The translations under genes were made by a program, and so were the position numbers. Shown here piece after piece: positions 58,447 through 64,000 of a stretch of 64,000 nt of DNA; position 1 is the first letter of the stretch; each line of letters opens with the position of its first letter. The notes beneath the pieces are model-generated. The model was not told the DNA's origin, searched no databases, and saw only the letters and a program-made list of their open reading frames with translations. Source of the stretch: an uncultured Gemmatimonadales bacterium (GTDB lineage: Bacteria > Gemmatimonadota > Gemmatimonadetes > Longimicrobiales > Longimicrobiaceae); the NCBI GenBank assembly GCA_963716255.1, contig OY970303.1:5088001-5152000 (forward strand). The letters are read 5' to 3'.

Positions 58447-59907
58447 ATGGAGCGCTCGATCTCGCGACGAAGATTCCTTGCGTCGCTGTCGGCCGCCGCC
58501 GGCGTAGCGTCGCTCGGGGGCTGCGGTGCCATGGCGGGGGGCCGGAAGGAACGCGTGATCGTCGTGGGAGCGGGACTGGCAGGTCTCGCCGCGGCGTACG
58601 AGCTGGTCCAGGCCGGTGTGGACGTGCTGGTGCTGGAGGCCGCGTCGCGGCCGGGCGGGCGGGTCCTGACGCTCCGCGCACCATTCGCGGACGGCCTCTT
58701 CGCCGAGGCCGGCCCGTTGCACGTGCCCGACCACCACGACGCGACCCTCCGCTACATCGACGCTTTCAACATCCAACTGGACGAGGGCAGGGCACGGGCT
58801 CCGGCCACACACCGCAACGTCTTCGTGGGCGGGCGTCTGGTGAGGGTCGCGCCCTGGGACGGTGGCGACTGGCAGCTTCCGCTCCGGTCCGACGAGCGGA
58901 GCCTCAGCGTGGCGGAGCTCCACCACCGGTACGTGCGGCCACTCGTCGAAGGGGTCGGTGACCCCCTCGCTCCCGGCTGGCCAGGCCCGGAGGCCGGGCG
59001 CCTGGACCGCATCACGTTCGCCGAGCTGCTCAGGCAACGAGGCGCCTCCGACGCTGCGCTGTCCCTGCTCCGCCTCGGGTACTTCGACGTGTGGGGGGAC
59101 GGCGTCGACAGCTACTCCGCTCTGTTCATGCTGCGCGATCTGGCGCTCAAGCCGAGCTGGGGGACGAGCTACCGCATTCGCGGCGGAAGCGATGCGCTTC
59201 CGCACGCGTTCGCGCGTGCGCTGGAAGGCCGCATCCGCTACAACTCCCCGGTGGTTCAGATCCGGCAGACATCCCGGCACGTGGAGGTGACGTTCCAGGA
59301 CAACGGACAGCCCAGGACCGAGCAAGCCGACCGCCTCGTGTGCGCGATTCCGTTCTCGGTGCTACGGCGCATCCCGGTCGCCCCGGATCTCTCCGAGGGG
59401 AAGCGACTCGCGATCCACACGCTTTCCCACACATCCATCGCGAGGGTTTTTCTCCAGTGCAGGTCTCGCTTCTGGCCGAAATCCGGCCTGGGCGATGACG
59501 TCGCCACGGACCTGCCCATCATGAACGTGCGGGACGCTGCTCCGGGTCAGCCTGGTACTCGGGGGATCCTCGAGTCGTTTTCAGCTGGCCCGGCCGCGCG
59601 ACGCATCACGGCGGTTCCGCCGCGCTCCCGGGTAGAATGGGTGACCGCGCAGATCGGGAAGATTGCGCCCGAGGTATTGGGCCAGGTTGAATCCGGGGTG
59701 TCGAAATGCTGGGACGAGGATCCGTGGGCACGTGGAGACTACGCCTGGTTCCGTCCGGGCGAGATGTCCACGCTTCCCCCCCACATCGCACCCCCGGAGG
59801 GGAGAATCCACTTCGCGGGGGATCACACGTCGTCGTGGCCGGGCTGGATGCAGGGCGCCCTGGAGTCGGGGATGCGTGCTGCCCGGGAGGTAATCACGGC
59901 GGGCTGA
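58447..59907 (+). CDS. Flavin monoamine/L-amino-acid oxidase family protein, Tat-exported
   Basis: SRRRFL Tat motif and LGGC; VVGAGLAGLAAA, RPGGRV, HFAGDHTSSWPGWMQGALESG. Confidence 0.92.
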   Translation: MERSISRRRFLASLSAAAGVASLGGCGAMAGGRKERVIVVGAGLAGLAAAYELVQAGVDVLVLEAASRPGGRVLTLRAPFADGLFAEAGPLHVPDHHDATLRYIDAFNIQLDEGRARAPATHRNVFVGGRLVRVAPWDGGDWQLPLRSDERSLSVAELHHRYVRPLVEGVGDPLAPGWPGPEAGRLDRITFAELLRQRGASDAALSLLRLGYFDVWGDGVDSYSALFMLRDLALKPSWGTSYRIRGGSDALPHAFARALEGRIRYNSPVVQIRQTSRHVEVTFQDNGQPRTEQADRLVCAIPFSVLRRIPVAPDLSEGKRLAIHTLSHTSIARVFLQCRSRFWPKSGLGDDVATDLPIMNVRDAAPGQPGTRGILESFSAGPAARRITAVPPRSRVEWVTAQIGKIAPEVLGQVESGVSKCWDEDPWARGDYAWFRPGEMSTLPPHIAPPEGRIHFAGDHTSSWPGWMQGALESGMRAAREVITAG

Positions 59908-60149
59908 GCCCCGCCGCGGCCGTTGACGCCGGACAGCTCGCTTCATCGGCGATGTGCCGCCCGCAGGTCCATGGAACGCCGATCCCACGCAGTCCACCAC
60001 ACCCGCAGCACCGCGCCCCTCCCGACATCGTTGCAATTCTCCTGATGCACGAGACCGTCCGCCGGTCGTAGGAGTCGCGAGAACGGAAGCCCCCACCGCG
60101 GCACGTCCCCTTCCGCGAGTCTGCCGGCGAGCTGGCGGCAGTCGGCTGC

Positions 60150-60989
60150 TCAGGAGAGCCAGACTTTCGGCGGCTTGCCGGAATGGCGCGCCCGCAGGTC
60201 GAATAGCTCCCGCTCGAAAGCGCTCGCGGCGGTCGCGAATGCACCTTTCTCCCGCAGCTCCCCCGGCGTCGTTCTCATCAAGTTCCGGATCGCGGTCTTC
60301 AGGCTTGGCCCTGAGGCATAGCCCGTTGCTCTGGCGACGGACTCCAACGACCTGGAGGGGTCGTCGAGCAGGTCGGCCGCCAGGAGGAGACGGAGCCAGG
60401 CCAGGAGCCGCTGTGGCGGAGGAAGGTCGGCGCGGTGGCACCAGCGCGGGACGGTCCGCATCCCCACGCCCAGCGCGCGCGCAAGGTCCGGGGCTTGTCC
60501 GCCCACGGCCACGATCTCGGCTGCTCGCAGGAGCAGCCCCGCCGGACGACTCGGGAGTCCCCGGGGCAGAGCGCGGTTGATCAGGCGCTGGACCGGCCTG
60601 CTCTGCACGACGCGCAGGCGCCTCGCGACCGCCGGCGGCGTGTTCTCCCGCGCCAGGTCGATGCAGTCCGCGACACCCCATTCACCGAGTGTCCGCAGCA
60701 CCACGGAGTCTCCGGGGGTGACCTGGAGCGCGGCCACTACCGTTGCCGAGGGAAATTCCCGCAGGAGAGCTTGCAGCTCCGTCGCCAGGCCCGCTCCGCC
60801 ATCACTGCGGCGATAGGGATCGACGATCGTGATGGCTGCGGGAGGCGAGCGGCGCAGCGCGTCGTGGAGATCATCCCAGGTCGTCAGGTGGTTCAGCCGA
60901 TACGGCTGGCCGGGAAGGAGGGCGAACGACCTCGCGAGCTGCTCGTTGCCGTGGAGCAACCACAGTGTCCGGGTCAGGGGCTGCATCAT
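60150..60989 (-). CDS. AraC-family regulator with receiver-like N-terminus
   Basis: IVDPY...ELQALLREFPS; GVGMRTVPRWC, VARATGYASG..LKTA. Confidence 0.88.
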   Translation of the reverse strand: MMQPLTRTLWLLHGNEQLARSFALLPGQPYRLNHLTTWDDLHDALRRSPPAAITIVDPYRRSDGGAGLATELQALLREFPSATVVAALQVTPGDSVVLRTLGEWGVADCIDLARENTPPAVARRLRVVQSRPVQRLINRALPRGLPSRPAGLLLRAAEIVAVGGQAPDLARALGVGMRTVPRWCHRADLPPPQRLLAWLRLLLAADLLDDPSRSLESVARATGYASGPSLKTAIRNLMRTTPGELREKGAFATAASAFERELFDLRARHSGKPPKVWLS

Positions 60990-61102
60990 GGTGCCTACGG
61001 GTGGAGTTTTTTACGACACTTTCCTTGACGGACTGTCGACGCGGGGAATACCTTCGGCGCACAAGCAGGTCTCACCTCCACTTCCCGCGCCAGGAGCCTC
61101 AC

Positions 61103-61321
61103 ATGCACCCACGCAGATTGCCGTTTGTCGGCGCCCTCGTCTTCAGCCTCTGTCTGCTCATTTCCGGCTGCGCCTCCGATTCGCCGACCTCCGACGACCG
61201 TACTCCCGGGCCTCCGCTGCTCGACGGTCCTGGATGGATCGGCGGCGGTGGCCGGATGCCGGGCGACACCACGTCAACGAGTAACGCCCCCCCGCCCGAT
61301 TCCACGCCGGTGAACCGGTAG
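61103..61321 (+). CDS. Small lipopeptide (72 aa) with GPGWIGGGG motif
   Basis: AGGAG RBS, lipobox ISGC, low-complexity mature part. Confidence 0.7.
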   Translation: MHPRRLPFVGALVFSLCLLISGCASDSPTSDDRTPGPPLLDGPGWIGGGGRMPGDTTSTSNAPPPDSTPVNR

Positions 61322-61370
61322 GTTCGCCGCCTGGCCGCCCGGCTACGAGCCGGACGGCCAGGTGCAGGAG

Positions 61371-62663
61371 TCAGTCGGCTTCCGCCGAAAGCGCTTGCAC
61401 CACCTCCTGCGCCAACCTCTCCGCCTGCCGTGCAAGATCGGGGGTTTCGGCATCCGAGGCTGCCGACCCGCCCTGTGCGTCGTGAGCCTTTGCATTCTCC
61501 AATGCTCTTTCGGCGAGGAGGCGGTTTTCCGCCTCGCCGTTCGCCGCAGCCAAGGCCGCCGATCTGTCGGCGGCCTCCATTGCTCGATCCCAGTCACGGG
61601 CGGCGAGATGTGCCCAGGCGAGGATCAAGTACGTCTCGGCGAGCCGGATTCGACCCTGGGCCTGGCGGCAGCAGTCCTCGGTGACCTGTCGAGCGGCCTC
61701 GTAGGTCACCGTGTTACCGGTTTTCGCTGCCGCATACGCAATGGTTGCAGTCATCATCGGCCGGACGGTGGGATCGATGTCCCCGACCATCGCCGCCTCA
61801 AGGACGGGTAGAGCCCGCCTGAACTCCTTTTGATGAACCCAGAACCTTCCCACGTCGAATGCGAGATCCCGAAGGCGAGCCTGGTTCTTTCCATACAACC
61901 CCAGCGCGCTGCGCACGTGCGCGTACGCTTCGCGCAGGCGTCCCAGTTCCGTGGCGACATGGAAAAGATGATGGTGTGAGGCAGCCGCGATCTCCCGCAG
62001 CCGATTCCGCTCCGAATGGCGTAGCGCCCGCACCATCGCGGCGTGGGCAGCAGGATAATTGCCGGACCGGAGGAACATGACACCCAGACCGATGAAGGCC
62101 CAGCCGTACGACGCTGGATCCGGGTGCCGCGACAGCCGCACTACGTGACGGAACCAGCTCTCGGCCCGGGCGGTCTCGCCGAGGTCACGGGCAAGACGAG
62201 CCACGACCAGGGCCGCCTTGGCATCATGCGGCTGGAGGAGGGCACATGCCTGCGCGAAGGCAAGCCGTGTCGCGGGCGTTCCCTGGAGGTCTGCCCAGGA
62301 CTCGATTTCCTGACAGGCACGAAGGAGAGACTGGTTGTCGCCGCCACGCTCCAGTTCACCCGTCATTCCGGCGAGCGTCGACAAGGGTACTCGAACCGGG
62401 CCGTCGATCTCTGCCGCACGCACCAGGTCCAGCCGATGCTCGGCCGCATCGACTCCGAATGCAGCGGCCCGGTCGGCCGGAGCCGTTTCCACCCACAGCA
62501 TCACGTCCCGCAGGGCGCCGGCGAGAAGCACCCCGGCGGGTCCGTCGATCTCGGCGAGGACGTCCAGGCCTTCGAATGCCGCCTGCGGCTGGGTGAGCGG
62601 AGGCGCGGCCAGATGGTTCGGCCTGCTTCGCCGAGGCGGTCGCTCCGGTGGGAAGTCGGTCAT
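61371..62663 (-). CDS. TPR-like helical protein, paralog of 51732..52970
   Basis: FEGLDVLAE...LRDVMLW...RLAFAQACALL.P...RAESWFR; TPR-like helices. Confidence 0.85.
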   Translation of the reverse strand: MTDFPPERPPRRSRPNHLAAPPLTQPQAAFEGLDVLAEIDGPAGVLLAGALRDVMLWVETAPADRAAAFGVDAAEHRLDLVRAAEIDGPVRVPLSTLAGMTGELERGGDNQSLLRACQEIESWADLQGTPATRLAFAQACALLQPHDAKAALVVARLARDLGETARAESWFRHVVRLSRHPDPASYGWAFIGLGVMFLRSGNYPAAHAAMVRALRHSERNRLREIAAASHHHLFHVATELGRLREAYAHVRSALGLYGKNQARLRDLAFDVGRFWVHQKEFRRALPVLEAAMVGDIDPTVRPMMTATIAYAAAKTGNTVTYEAARQVTEDCCRQAQGRIRLAETYLILAWAHLAARDWDRAMEAADRSAALAAANGEAENRLLAERALENAKAHDAQGGSAASDAETPDLARQAERLAQEVVQALSAEAD

Positions 62664-63296
62664 GTCGTAGCGTTGAGAGCTGTCCGCCTCATGCAGCGGC
62701 GCATGATCAGGAAAGGTGTACGACAGGCAAAAACAATTTGTCCCAAAGTAGGGGGCAGAGCGAATCGTGGACAGTGTTTGAAAATACCGAGTCAAAATCG
62801 ACACACTTCGAGCAAAAGTCGATCTGGTTTAGCCGGCATGTAGGCCTCTCTGCATTCCGGGCGCATACCTTCGCCACCGTCACACATCTCACCAAAAGAG
62901 TTTCAGCCGCTACTCATCGAGCCGTTCCATGCGGCCGATTCAAATCGGTCCACACGCAGACTAACAGTGTGCTGCGCACAATGGCGTATAGCTTCTCGTA
63001 GGGCCTCTACATCTGGAATTCACGCTGGGCTCATCCCGAGCCCGTTGCCAAGTGCAGATGACTGCCGCCCCGGAGCCGTCCACGAATCCGAAACTTTCCT
63101 GACAAAAGTCTACACTACGTCCACCAACTCCTCCGGGAATCGAGCGCGGGCTCGACGAAACCCTGCGCGAGGTTCGATCAGTGACTGGGCTGGAGTCGCC
63201 ACCGTTACTCCGCGGCGGCGGCGGGAGGTGGCGGACCTCGCCCCGCGCGGGCGTCTTCTGGTCGTGGCCCTTCTTTCCCCAGCGCAAGTGTACGCG

Positions 63297-63327
63297 AAAG
63301 GCCCACGGGTCTCCCCAGGGGCCTTTT
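63297..63327. terminator. Possible bidirectional hairpin terminator
   Basis: AAAGGCCC-N14-GGGCCTTTT. Confidence 0.4.
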
Positions 63328-63462
63328 GGTGGTGGTCTGTCGAGTCGGAGCTGCTGAGGAGCTGGAGGGCGGGGAGACAGCCCGTATCGAGCTCGGGATA
63401 GTAGGAGCCGATGGCGCCAACTATGTCCACTTGGGAATCGAGCATGCGCCTGAGCGCTGGAC

Positions 63463-64000
63463 TCAGTCGCTGCGCGGGGCCTCGCGGCCGGCTGACCACA
63501 CTGCGCGCTCACTGCGCAGGCGCTCGCGGCCGGCGAGCCAGGCCGCGCGCACGAGTGCCTCGTGAGCGTCCACTTCCTCGGGGGGCCAGGGCGAGCTGGG
63601 GTACAGACGGTCGAGCCTGGTGAAGTTTCGGGTCACCACGTCCCAGGCAGGGAGCGTCGTGGCAACGGCGCGCTCAGCGTAGGTGATGTAGTCCGGGTCC
63701 TGCTCCAGGCGCCGGCGTGCGGCGAGGCGGGCGAGAACGATGAGGCGCACCTCCTCGTTGGCTGCACCGGTGCGGAACTCGGCGCCGAGCTGTTGCAGCT
63801 CCTGAAGGCGATCGGCGTAACCGGCGCGCTCGGACGCCGGGTCCAGGCTCGGAGCATCCTCCGGGAGTGGGGTCGGCTTGTGGATTCGTGCGCGGATCAG
63901 CTCGTACACCTCGTACGTGGCGCGCATCGCCCCGCGGTGCCGCTCGACGGCGGCCCACTCGGGGAGCGTGGTCGCGAGGTCCGCTTCCTCGTCCGTGAAC
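63463..64000 (-). CDS. Hypothetical protein, 5' end beyond the window
   Basis: The frame is open from the window end (FTDEEADLATTLPEWAAVERHRGAMRATYEV...). Confidence 0.6.
   Translation of the reverse strand, partial: FTDEEADLATTLPEWAAVERHRGAMRATYEVYELIRARIHKPTPLPEDAPSLDPASERAGYADRLQELQQLGAEFRTGAANEEVRLIVLARLAARRRLEQDPDYITYAERAVATTLPAWDVVTRNFTRLDRLYPSSPWPPEEVDAHEALVRAAWLAGRERLRSERAVWSAGREAPRSD

Noticed and set aside
63190..63240. Stem-loop-rich stretch, possible ncRNA
   Set aside because: GC-rich pairing is expected by chance; no recognisable RNA family motif
1..64000. CRISPR array, tRNA/rRNA genes, integron attC sites
   Set aside because: No regularly spaced repeats, cloverleaf or rRNA signatures, cas genes or integron integrase were seen

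Overview
High-GC 64 kb window that reads as mobile or accessory DNA (plasmid, ICE or island). Gene content suggests a Gemmatimonadota/Longimicrobium-like host, which is an inference. No rRNA, tRNA or CRISPR array was seen. There are three blocks. (1) 1-35785 is Tn21/Tn501-type Tn3 transposon territory: res-tnpR-tnpA-IR at 32.1-35.8 kb and a second, same-orientation 38-bp IR at 8156-8193. Upstream lies stress and envelope cargo: a sigma-54 two-component system, USPs, pal, a lytic transglycosylase, two paralogous HExxH lipoproteins, several histidine kinases, DUF2254-MscS, an L,D-transpeptidase, many decayed gene fragments and two MITEs. (2) 35785-50793 is a minus-strand, plasmid-backbone-like run of small hypothetical genes. 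It includes a HEPN-like gene abutting the Tn end, a Mom-like DNA-modification protein, SWIM, AP2-like and PRTase proteins, and a 1356-aa repeat protein with BID-like units. (3) 51732-62663 is the best candidate for a new system. Two short secreted peptides sharing a C-C-CC cysteine framework lie between two paralogous 6-bladed beta-propeller lipoproteins, with a CxxC redoxin and a Tat-exported flavin amine oxidase. The cluster is bracketed by inward-pointing paralogous TPR-like and AraC regulator pairs plus a small Gly-motif lipopeptide. All family calls come from motif recognition by eye; no database searches were run.
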